64,000 bases of DNA from positions 6,391,525 to 6,455,524 of the forward strand of contig CM119268.1 of NCBI GenBank assembly GCA_051294375.1. The letters are read 5' to 3'. Source of the DNA: Paraspadella gotoi (lineage: Eukaryota; Animalia; Chaetognatha). Numbering within the stretch: position 1 is the stretch's first letter; the number at the start of each line of letters is the position of its first letter. Below are positions 1-11,349 of this stretch, piece by piece. The notes beneath the pieces were generated by a model. The model searched no databases, was not told the origin of the DNA, and worked only from the letters and a program-made list of their open reading frames with translations. The position numbers were made by a program, and so were the translations under genes.

Positions 1-80
1 TACGATTTAAACGATGTACGACGAAATGTTCAAAGTCAAAGAATATGAACGCTTTCTTAGTTATTTCATAATTAGGTTAC

Positions 81-3000
81 CTCGACTGTTTCTTGAAAAG
101 TGCGACCTTTTGTTTCCGGTATACGAATGAAAACAAAGAATCCTATGGTTATGACGATAAACATGAACGGCAAAAAAATGTAGGGTCCCAGTGCATCTGA
201 AAATAGCATCCAAACAATATAAAAATCAAGTAAAAAAAAAATCTTAAAAGCATAAGGATCGTCGCAATCACATAAGAAAATCTGGATTGACGACAAATTT
301 TGATACTAAAAAAATCAATTAAAAAAAGAAAAAATAATTTAGAAACAGAAAGAAAAATAAAAGAAATAATATAAGAAAGAATAGAAAGAAAAGAAAGAAT
401 AGAAAGAAAAAAAGAATAAAAAGGGGAAAAAAAATAGAAAGGAAAAAAAAATAGAAAGGAAAAAAAAAGAAAGGAAAGAAAGAATAGAAAGGAAAGAAAG
501 AATAGAAAGGAAAGAAAGAATAGAAAGGAAAGAAAGAATAGAAAGGAAAGAAAGAATAGAAAGGAAAGAAAGAATAGAAAGAAAAGAAAGAGTGACGAGA
601 AGAAAGAACAAAATAAAAACCGGATGTTGAGAGAGAGAGAGAGAGCCAGCTGCAGACTCGTTTTTTTTCCCTATGAATCAGTGACTAGGGAAAAAGGAGA
701 GGGAGAGAGACAAATAATTAAAAGAGAAAAAAAATTGTTTGTTTTGATAAAACGTAAACAAAACATATTAATAACTGTCCTGACTCAATTTTAAGCACAT
801 CGATAATGAGAAGCTGTATATAAATTTTCAGCTTCATTCACCAAAATTTAATCATAAAAAAGGCGAGCTATAATTAGGAACGCCGACGACAACAACAACA
901 AAGACGACGAAGCCACTTATGTGCAAAACCACAGCAAAATCGTCGCAAACGCAAAGCGATTGCGACGATAAAAATAGAGAGAACAAATAAGGTTTCCAAA
1001 CAAGTGTTAAACAAGTTAGGTAACACATATCAACAGAACAATGACAATGTTGAAAGTGGCTAAAAACATGAAATATTGCGCATGTTACCTTTTAGATAGA
1101 TAAAGGTTAAAGACAAAAGGAGATTACAAGTCCAGTTAACGACTTGAGCGATTGAAGAGGCAGCGGCACGTGGAGCCTTGCAAATTAAAAAATAAAGTTA
1201 AAAATTCGGTAAAAAGGTTATTATAATCACAATTTTCAGTTACTTGACGAAACAATTCTGCAGAAATGTACATAGGAATGGGTCCAAGTCCAATAGCGAA
1301 GGAGATAATATAGATCATAATTCCAATAATAACGATGATAGACAAAACATATTGAGTATTCATATTAGAGACGAGTTCATCATAATCATGCCGAGATCCT
1401 AAAATTGTACAGAGTACAAATAATAGTTTTACGTATTTTGTTATATTCATTCTTACAAGGAAAAAAAAAAAAACACTTCAGGTCAAACTCACTATTTTGA
1501 TTGTAGAACAGATAATTTTCTAAATCATTTACACTCTTGTTGAGTGGAACCATCGTCTTATAATCATTGCGAATGTCCATTACATTACTATGAAGCTTTT
1601 CCTAAAGTTAAAACGATACGAAAGTTAAGAAATACAAAACTTGTATAGAACATTATACTCAGTATAGTACAATATACAGAAGGCTTCATATTATAAAATG
1701 GACCCCTTTTTTGTGACCAGAACACGTTCCGAGAAACTATTGAATAGATTTTAATTAAATTTGGTATGAACGATCCCTATGTGAATACAAATAGAAATAT
1801 CGAGGTGAGTTTCAATATTTGACCCCTGAGCCGAGATATAGGGCCCGGTAGGGGTCACACATGGGAGCAAAAAATGGTCAAAATTTATTTTTAATTTTTT
1901 GTTTTGTTTTGAACAGTTGCCCAGATGTTTACTCTTCCACAAAAATGTATTTATTTCCACAAAAATATTAGTTTACCATAAGTTTCAGCTTCATGAACAT
2001 CGGCTGTTCAAGTCAGATTTGGAATAATTCTGGAAAATTTGGAGAAAAACGATGAACCATGCATCTTCAAACACCGATTAATTAGCAAAATATTTATTAA
2101 TTTTAGTTTAAAAAAATATTTTTATATGTTTAAAACATCGATGAACCTGATTCTACTAAAAAAATCCAAAAAATTTTTTAAAAAATTTTAGCCTTTTTTG
2201 GCCCCCCAGGGGTCCAGCCCTAGGGCCCTGTATCTCTTGTCAGGGGTTGAATATTAAAATTCGCCTCGATAGTTCCATTTATATTGTCATTAAAACTCTA
2301 AATGTAAAATTTCATGAAATTCGATCCGGTAGTTTGGTGGGAACAGATTCAGGTCACAAAAAAGGGTACCACACTAACTCTCACAATTTCACTATTTCCC
2401 ATAAATTCGAAAAAAAAAAAAGCTTTTCACCTTGGCAGCCAGGCAACCAGTAAGAATTAAGTATATTATCGCAATAATTAAACAGGGAATCAGGATAAGT
2501 TTCCTTCGACCCGCTTTTTCAATTACGAATACAGCCACGATTGTAGTAGCAACGTTCACCAGGCCTGTACCCATCACAGCGAAGGGAACATCCTCATTGC
2601 TGACTCCTAAGTATTTTTCGTGAAACGTTCACAATCTGAACCTTTACGCAGGGTAAGAATAGTGCAATGAGCGACGTTGACCTGCATCGGTGAATATGAG
2701 GGAGGAATAAAACATAACGGCGTTGATTCCGCTCCACTGTTGAAGGATCTGATAGAAGCGACAACGTGATTAATGATAAAAGTGCAGTGTTTAAAAAAAA
2801 AAGAAGGACAGGAAAGGAAATATGAAATTGGTAAAACCAATATAAAATATTGATGACCTATATATGAATTATGATTGTTGAAATATTGAAGATGTGGCAG
2901 CAAGACTTAAAGTTGCCTCACTGCTGTCCGTCCTCAGCCTCGTCTCAATGGCTGAGCAGGCTAAATCATCTCGTTACAACGGTGCGTCCCGGGTTCAACC

Positions 3001-6000
3001 CCTGGATATCCTGGTTCTGGCTTAAATGTGACAGAGCCGGTCTAAACAGGCCAGTGACAGTGACAGTCACTGGGGGTCCGCAGCCCCTACGCCAGTTGGT
3101 GAGATACGCCGCGCCCGGGGTATCACAGATATTCCTCCCGTTGCCATAATGAAATATATTTGATCTAGGCGAAACCTGCATCGAGATGGTGGCAAGCAGC
3201 GGAATTTTATTTTCTTTTTCCCGAAAAAGATCCTTGATGGTGTAGGGCTTTCCGATGTCCTCGTCTTTCTTTTTCTTCTCGCGTCGCATCTCCTCCAAGT
3301 CGTCTTCGACGTCTTTACGGCGGCGAAGACGTTGCAGCGCCGTCCGCGCCCGATCTTCGTCCCTTCTTATGATGAAGAGGAACCTGAGGTGGAGAAAAAA
3401 AAAACCTTATTGGCGTAAGCCGCGGCCTTCAATCTCTCCAAGCCAGAAGCCCTACAAACCTGGGGCTTTCAACGCAGAGAGGAAGCAGGATTAGCGAAAG
3501 AACCGCGGGTACCATATTAAACCCGACCAGGATTCCCCACCAATCCTCGTTTCCCCAAATATCCGGTAGCGAAAGAATTTGAGCGATGACGATCCCGACG
3601 GTGATGGAGAGCTGGTGAGTCGTGGCGATGGCGCCTCGGGGTGGGAAAAGTTAAATTAGGAAAAAAAACCGTACCAGCTAAGTTTACAACTTTTAAAAAT
3701 TTCTAAACCAAAGCCAGCAGTAATTTTTAATTAAAACAATACCCAGTTTAACATTTTCCTTATAAATCAAAAAGCCAAAGACGAATTGGTAATCAAAATT
3801 TTAAAAAACAAGTTTGAGCAAACAATGTCGGATCTGCCTACGATAATTAAGCGGTAATAAGCTAATCCGATGATAAATCATGGTAATTTTTCTGACTCTC
3901 AATTTGTGATTATAATAAATCATAACAGACTTCTTAATAAATCTATGAAAAAATCTATAAATAAATTGATCTATCAATCATTACCAGTAGCTGTGCCTAT
4001 ACCAACTTCCATAATTTGGTCAACTTTCATAATTTAATATACTTCAAACTTTGTTCTAAATATACTTGCATAATTAAATCAACTGGCAAAATTTGATCAA
4101 TTTACATATTTTGGTCATCTGGCAAAATTTGGTCAACCGGTATAATTTGATCAATTAGCATAATTTGGTCAATCAAATTTTTTTTTTCTATTTAAACTCT
4201 TTTCCACTCACACGATTCCATCGAAACTTCATATCTAGCTAAAATCACATACTTCCCTACCTACACACAAAATTTTATTCCAATCCATCCATCCAATCAC
4301 GAGTAATTGGAGTTATTTGCTAAGGTGGGACAGACAGAGACCGACAGACGGACATCGTTTTTTTTTGCATAATTTATCATAATTCGATGTTCTGACATGA
4401 TATATGTGAATGCCCGACAAGATTGAGGGGGCGGACTGACGGACCGACAAAGTGAATTATAGAGTCGGGATCTGCTTATAAGCAGATCCGACTAAAAATC
4501 AATTAGTTGTTCTCGGGGTCCTCTTCGTATTAAAAGGAGATTCGTTAACCGTTAAAAATTAACCGTTCATCGCAGAGGAATCAAGACTCCAGAATCGAAA
4601 TCGGGAGAGGAAGGAGCAGGGCGTTAACCTGGAGGTCTTTTTAGAAAATCAGGCAGTGTGGGACGACGCTGGAACGCTTGATATCACGAGCCTTATTTAA
4701 AAATGTTTTTGTATTGGCCTACCGTGAATGACTATTAAAAATTTACTTTGGCAATGTATATATATAAAAAAATAATATCTTTAAAACAGACCATATCCTT
4801 AAATTTTTGTTGGCTGAGATGAGTAAAAACAAATCAGCATAAAGCTCTAAGAAAGTTTAAAAAAATATATATTCTGCACTTTTTACTTTACCTCAATCTA
4901 AGCAGAGAAGTGTAAAAGGAAATTTTATCTCTTAACTCAAAACTTTAACTGTTGATGCTTTTTAAAATTTAATAGCTATCAATGATATTTTTATTATAAA
5001 TAATTCAGTGTCTTCCTTTGCTTTATTAGTGCATGCCATGTATTGAAATAAGATTCGAATACTTAGTTTTAATTGTTTTCTTTCTTTTTTTGCATTTATA
5101 TTATCAAATAAGCTAGTCACTAAATTAACGATTTTAACCGTTAACGTTAAAAAGTCGATTTTTAATGGTTAACCGACGTTGTAAAAAAATTAACGGTTAA
5201 GGAAACTAATTAAAACATGCGAAAAACGGTCTCATGATATATTGATAATAGCAGCTGAAAGGATTATGAATTTGTCATGCCATTTGAACGTTGCGGTGCA
5301 TATAAACATTTAACGGATAATTACCAATGTTTTAAGATTGAATAAGTCCACAGAACCTAACAAGTGAAATAATATAATTATATATAATTATATGTGAATT
5401 CTCGGCTTTTCGTAATTTTTTTAGTTTGCCCTGTTTTATCTTTTAGGAAAAAAAATTAAATTAAGAAAAAAACATGATAATGTTTTACAATACCAACTCA
5501 ATTCAAGACATTTCAGCTAGAAATTAAAGATTAAAGAATTCTTGGAGCATAAAGCAAAATTTACTCACCTCTGTACTTGGTGGGCGCGATTTCGGTCAAG
5601 TATACGGGAACGTAAGTGCAACCAGCGCCGGCAGTCAATCCAGCGAAAAAGCGACCGATCATGAGCAACTCTGGTATATCGGTATATTTCGCCGTGAAAC
5701 TGAATACGCCGCTGAGAATGGCGGGAAATTGGTTGATCATGTTGCCGCCCCGACGGCCGACTCGCTCGCAGATAAAACTGGAACCTACGTGGGGAATAAA
5801 ACGAAATTTTGTAATGCTTCTTATTTATAATAAAATTTTAAATATTTTAAATATTTATTATATTTTAAATAAGATTTTTTTATAAAATATTGTCCTTTCT
5901 TTATAAATAAAATTTCAGCTAGATAGATCCTTTTAAACATGAGTAATTAAAGCATGGACGGATGGATAGTGGATATAATACGTAGATTTAAATTTTTTTG

Positions 6001-6619
6001 CATAGTGAATTATCGAGTCGGAATCCGCGATAAGCAGATCCGAATAAAAAGAAACGTTCTCAAATACCAAAAGAGCCGACGGCGCCCCCGGCGACGAAGA
6101 GCGCGATGGTGAGTTGCCATAGAGCGACCGTCAAATCAGCGACGCTTTTGTCGTTGACGGTTTTTCCCGTTCGATTGGCGTAAATCTGTAAAAAAAGGGA
6201 GAGGCGAGCTCGTCGACGAATATTTAATCTATCGTATGGATATAAGTATTACACTTAAAAGTTAAATGCGTTTATGACTCGCCCTCATGTAGAATGATTC
6301 GTTGATAATTCTTGCAGGAGTATTAAGATCCCCCACGTTGTAGCCGTACAAAAAGGATGAGCCGATGATGAAGATGAAGCAGCAAAAGGAAAGATAACCT
6401 GTGAACATCGGGAACGAAACTTCACGGCGTAAACTAAAACAGAAAAAAAGGAAAAAAAAGAAACTGTAGAGAGATACCAGTAATGCGATCGGGATGTTGA
6501 ACGGTTCCGCCGACGTTCGGACCCGAAGCTCCTACTTCCATCATGTCCGGAGATGTTTCTGGTGTCTGCGAAGTCACGCGTTGCGGTTGCGTTTTTACTT
6601 CGTTGTTAACGTCGTTCAT
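81..6619 (-). CDS. Facilitative sugar transporter, SLC2A/GLUT family (12 exons in window; the 3' end probably continues beyond position 1)
   Basis: The spliced translation has sugar-porter motifs: [112 protein letters not shown] donor-like GTAACC follows position 81, so the C-terminus is uncertain. Confidence 0.93.
340..600. repeat. Purine-rich tandem repeat (18-bp unit AAGAATAGAAAGGAAAGA) in a GLUT intron
   Basis: Near-perfect tandem units are visible at about 460-590, with degenerate flanks. Confidence 0.9.
1699..2371. mobile_element. MITE/foldback-like non-autonomous element in a GLUT intron
   Basis: Terminal inverted repeat CCCTTTTTTGTGACC (1704-1718) / GGTCACAAAAAAGGG (2352-2366). An internal imperfect inverted pair is also present: AATATTTGACCCCTGAGCCGAGATATAGGGCCC (~1815-1847) vs GGGCCCTGTATCTCTTGTCAGGGGTTGAATATT (~2223-2255). 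Confidence 0.65.
2935..3150 (+). mobile_element. Putative tRNA-derived SINE in a GLUT intron
   Basis: Pol III A-box-like TGGCTGAGCAGG (2949-2960) and B-box GGGTTCAACCCC (2991-3002), followed by a GC-rich body. No complete cloverleaf is evident. Confidence 0.55.
3806..4498 (-). mobile_element. Helentron-associated non-autonomous element (HINE / DINE-1-like)
   Basis: Subterminal inverted repeats GTCGGATCTGC (3827-3837) / GCAGATCCGAC (4482-4492). Terminal palindrome GTCGGGATCTGCTTATAAGCAGATCCGAC, a GACA/GACG microsatellite-like tract, internal short tandem repeats (~4010-4170) and an AAACAAG end in an A-run. Related copies lie at ~5940-6050 and ~60333-60570. Confidence 0.7.
4541..5205. mobile_element. 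Possible MITE-like element
   Basis: TTCGTTAACCGTTAA at ~4541 and TTAACGGTTAAGGAA at ~5190 form a 15-bp imperfect inverted repeat, with several subterminal TTAACCG motifs. Confidence 0.35.
5940..6050 (-). mobile_element. HINE fragment (palindrome end)
   Basis: AGTGAATTATCGAGTCGGAATCCGCGATAAGCAGATCCGAATAAAAA closely matches 4451-4498. Confidence 0.65.
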
Positions 6620-7671
6620 GGTAACGTATTAATATTTTTTTTTCAGTTATTAATAGTTATCAAACTCTTCCTTTCCCAATATATGTGGCTTTTCTCGATC
6701 ACTTTATTACCGCATTCGTCGGGTGTCTTTAATATGCAAAGGAAAATTAAATCCTAGGCAACTAATTTTTGGTAAAAAATGCAAGTAATAAACATTATGA
6801 TTGCCATTTTGTCGGGAATCAGTTTTTAATCCTAAATGCTTGAAGTCGCAGTTTGTTAATCAAGTATCTTAAATTTATCTCTTTTTTCGTTCCGATATTA
6901 AATTTACTATAAGAAAAACAAGAGATCCAAATCAAAGAAATTAAATTTTCGTATGGTGATTGCGAAATTTTGTAAAAATTCTGTCAGAATTATTTTATAA
7001 ATATATCAATATGAATTTGAATGTTAAATACTGTAAAAATTGAGAAGTATCCCGATTTGCAATTCAATTAGTCATTCGAATACCAAAACCAATTTAAATG
7101 CGTTCATTCGTCCTTGAAATTTGCCTCACTTTGCGAGTTCGACGTTCCCCCATTCCAATGTTTGCTCTTCTTGAGCCGCGTTATGGTAGCGTTATATAAC
7201 CCCCTAGTAACTGAGTTGCGGACCAGACCCATTCCCTTTTTTTTTAAAAACCAAGTTTAAAATATTTAAATGAAAAAAACATTTAAATGAACCAGTTTAT
7301 GTAAATATGTAATAGCTGGCTCCTCATCCATAGAAATAAAAACGGGAAAATAAATAATAATACTAAGATTAAGTTAAAAACTTGTAAAATAAATCAAAGT
7401 TTGTCCAAAGTTGGAAATAACAATACAGAAAGATTACTATTTTTCTACGTTTTCAAGGGTTGTAAAAAAGTATATTAAAGATATACTCCATTGTCATATA
7501 GGAAATACTAATTCTGAAAAAAACTTAGTTCTTTAAAAAATAGGGCGATTAATGACTAGCTTGTTGGACCCAAAAACGCTAACTAATACCCGGATAACAA
7601 ATTTGAAAAAAAAAGAAACAATAAAAAACACACTCCCCTTTTCTTTCAGGGTGTGCGGCGAAGTTGGCAAA

Positions 7672-9502
7672 TCAGCCAAAAAACTGGATGACCCCGTAAT
7701 CTCCCCCCAGCATCCACGCATTAGAGCCCCACTTTTGATCGAGCGACTCGGCCACTCCTGGGGCCAATCCCGAAATAACGTCAGCCTTGATGGTTCGAAT
7801 CGATACCAGAGGCGCCGGGTGAAATCCTCGCAAGGAGTCGCCGAACGGCGTCTCGGGATGCCACTGACGGTCGCCGACGAGCTTGCGGTAATTGAGGTCG
7901 CCCTTGAAAATTATCAAGGCCGCCGAGGAGAGTTCGGCGTATAGCTCCGGCGAGTTGGCCTCCATCGCCGCGTAATCATGCGGCAGAGTCCAAAAGATGT
8001 CGTCGGCGACGGTCCAAATCCCGTCAGTAAAATAGCGCCTCACTTTGGCGCCGAAGTCGACGGCGACCTTGTCGTCCGACGAGGTCAACCAGTTGAGTAA
8101 ATATTGGAAATCTCGTGTGGTGACGTCGCTGACGAGCCATGGAATTCGTTTGGCGCGGAAGCGGACCGATAATACCAAGCCTAGGAAAGAGGAAAACAAA
8201 AGTTTGGACACATTTTCTTCCCTTAGTTTTTAGGGTGAGCGACGGGAGAAAAATTCCGTGAACACATTAATTATTTAATTTATAACTCGCCTTTCAATTT
8301 CCTCAAATTAAAAAAATCGACAACCGGAAGTAACTTCTACCAAACCGTAATTACAGCGATATATATAATACAGGGGCAGAGTGGCACGAACCTTTTGAAG
8401 TGAGGTAATCAGCCATGACTAAATCACTGAGGAGCTCGAAACCCGAATTGTCAAGCACCCACTCCAAGTGGCGGGGCGACCGTCGTTGATCCGAGACAGA
8501 GGCCTCATCCGTGCCTCCGATCGCGGCCCACGCCGAATCGAAATGGTCGACGAGAATGTTGGCCTCCAAAGTGTCGACGGATTCCAAGGGGTTGGAATCT
8601 TGAGAGTTGCACTCACCCGCGGAGACGGAAAGGTCACACCTTGAAAAGGTAAAGACAATTTATTCCAGCGAAAACATTTGATAAGACTTTTTAAACATGT
8701 AAATTAATTATAAAGAACAAGAAATTCCCCATTGTTTTGTGTCAGTCAAGATTGTATACCTATTTCCCCACAAGCATATCCTCCACAAACGACGACATCT
8801 CGACTTCAAATGGTCGACGTCGGCCTCGTCGTCAACGATTGTGGCCAAGTGCTTGAGGAGAGACAGGACGGCGCCGGCGGAAGACGACAACGCCTCGGCC
8901 TTGGAGTCGGCGAAAGGGTCGAAGTCGCAAAGGCTTTTTGTGGCAAGGAAGGCGGAGAAGATGCGGCGGTAGACGTAGCATTCGCCGAAGAGCCATGGCA
9001 AGCTGAAATAGGACGGTTTGACGGTTGAGGCGTTCTCGATGTGGGCCGCGATCAAGGCGTTCCATATGGGCGCATCTTCGAAGTCGTCTAGCAAAAGAAT
9101 ACGGAATAAGACGCATCAGACGCCGAAACTATTTAAAAATAAATCGAAAATGACCACAACCTTCTAAGGCGGAGATGTCTTTGTCCGTTTGGATCTCGTA
9201 CTTGAGCTTCGACAGTTTTCCCGCGACGGCACTCGCTTCGTCGCCGGCGTCGCGCTCTTGTGAGAGGTTCTTCCAATCGCGACACAATAGGTCGATAACC
9301 TGCCAATCGGAATTTGTACATTAGTTAATTTTTTTTTCTTGATCGACACGGTTTTGGTGTCAATACTATCAAAATCTCTCGCCTTGGTTATGATCACTGG
9401 AAGTCTGTCTTTGAAGCAGGAATACGCCAGGGATTTTACGTTTTTTCCGCTGAGTGGCTCCGCCAGAAAAGGCATCTTACTACTGTTTGAATTCATATCC
9501 AT
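7672..9502 (-). CDS. ARMT1: Damage-control phosphatase ARMT1 (DUF89 family), 5 exons
   Basis: Motifs KDRLPVIITKVID, PWLFGECYVYRRI, LWGNRCDLS, VLDNSGFELLSDL, KRIPWLVSDVT, FWTLPHDY, FKGDLNYRKLVGDRQW, RTIKAD. Intron 1 is GC-AG. Confidence 0.95.
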
Positions 9503-9744
9503 AGTTGGTAATTGTTCTAGTGTTTTTTTTTTCTTTTTTTGATTTGAGCCTTTGGTTAAGTACGCTACGTCTGTCAATTTTACGTCAAATGGAAGCCTCC
9601 CGCCCGCCAGAAAACATCCTCTTTGCGATAAAAGAAAAAATCCTTTAAGATAGATACTACTAAATTTTTAAACAAAAAAAAAACGGATTGAGAGAAAATG
9701 GTTCCTCGTTTTCGCGCTCTGATCACTGAAAAAGTGTTAGTCAT

Positions 9745-10677
9745 TTATTTCTTGGCGGCCTTTTTCTTTTTCTTTCCGCCCGACGTCGCAGTCGTCGCAG
9801 CCTTCTCCGCTGCCTGTTGAGCTTTCAGGACTTTGACCACGATCTTCTGTTCTTCGATTAAAAAGGCGCGGATGATTCTGTTCGAAGTGAAAGAAAAGAT
9901 AAGGGAAAAAAAGGGAGAAAGAGGGAAGAAGAGAAAGGTTAAGAAACAGGAGATTGAATAAAAAAAAAAGTAGAGAGAAAAAATAAAAGGAGAGAAAAGG
10001 AGAGAAAAAAAAAGAAGAACGAAAGAAAATTATACAGAGAAAGAAAAAAAGAAAATAAGAAAGAAAGAAAATGAGAAAGACAAGCAAAGTACTCAATTCC
10101 AGTAAAACCAAACCTTTCTCTGACGGCCGCTGCGCACAAATTTCCTCCGTACGCTCTGGAAACTCGCTTGTGTCGTTTCGACATATTTTTTAGAGCAGTT
10201 GGTCGTGCCGGCTTTATTCCCTGTTTTGTGAAAAAAAGGAAAACATAAAAGATACAGGACTAAAAAATGGGGTTAATTTTACTTCCGCCGACCGTGGTTA
10301 CTGGTTAAGATTTAAGGTTAAGGGTGGTTTAAGGGTTAGTTAGGGTTAAAGGTGGTTTAAGGGTTAGTTAGGGTTAAGAGGGTTTAGGGTTAGGGTAATT
10401 ATAAATAATAATTTTTTAAAATTAAAAAAAAAAAAATTTAAATAACTTTTTAAAAGACGCCAAAACCCCGGTCGACGAAAGTAAAATTTTGACCAAAAAA
10501 TATTCTAACTTTAAAAAAAACCTGTAATTTGACGCCAGTGTCGCCGCATCTGGGAATCTTGGCCGCCTTCTTCTGGTAAAGATACACAAGCTTGCCGCCC
10601 GGTGTCTTGGAAATGCGACGCTTGTTGCTCAGCGTCGAGTACGACATTCGTCGCCGGAGGCAAAGACGTTGAACCAT
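9745..10677 (-). CDS. RPL34: 60S ribosomal protein L34 (eL34), 3 exons
   Basis: [34 protein letters not shown]...[37 protein letters not shown]. Exons are 10677-10522, 10220-10114 and 9877-9745. Confidence 0.97.
10275..10488. repeat. Inverted-repeat-bounded element containing degenerate TTAGGG-like repeats, in RPL34 intron 1
   Basis: AATTTTACTTCCGCCGACCGTGGTT (10275-10299) and AACCCCGGTCGACGAAAGTAAAATT (10464-10488) are reverse complements at 22/25 positions. The interior 10303-10396 is a GGTTA(A/G)/TTAGGG array. Confidence 0.7.
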
Positions 10678-11349
10678 TTTCACTGTTTTTATCGCAAATA
10701 AACTTTTAACTCAAACTGCATTCAAAGAAAGTTAAAAACTGTTATTAATTTTCAGCCCGAGAAGTGCGTTAATGTTTAAGCAAAAATCAATTATTTTTAA
10801 TGCTTCTATACTAAAAATATTCTGAAATATAATAAAAAAAAAATCTTATAAGTGTTCGGGCATGATATAACAATTTAAAAACAAAAATAATGTACACAAT
10901 CCATGGTATACGGTAAATATAACATTCTATAGTAAAAAATAACAATAATAAAATAACAATTTAACGGTTTAAAAAAAACTTTTTAGAATTGTATATGAGT
11001 ATGTATGTAACAATTATTTTTTTCTGAGATCCGAAAATTGTGATATGTACAACTTATTAAAAAAAGTTGAAATCTTCCTATTATTTTATACCAGATTGAA
11101 ACTCTAAAAAGAGTTTTGAATACTTATGTTGTATAAGTAATAGAAAAACCAATAACATCGAAATCCCTGAAAGGTTTGATCGGACTTGCTTAACTTTAAA
11201 AGCTATGGTATTTTGCTCCATTGGAAAGGCATATGTCTCAAATAAAAATATAAAAAAATATTAACAAAAAAAATAGGAAACACTGAGATTAAAAACTAAC
11301 AAAGCTCGAATTCTTGATAGGCGGCGCGCTTCGGTCAGCATCATATTCC

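Noticed and set aside
2935-3010. Functional tRNA gene
   Set aside because: A and B boxes are present, but there is no convincing acceptor or anticodon stem; treated as a SINE head.
10303-10396. True telomere or chromosome-fusion scar
   Set aside because: The array is short, degenerate, intronic and enclosed by inverted repeats.
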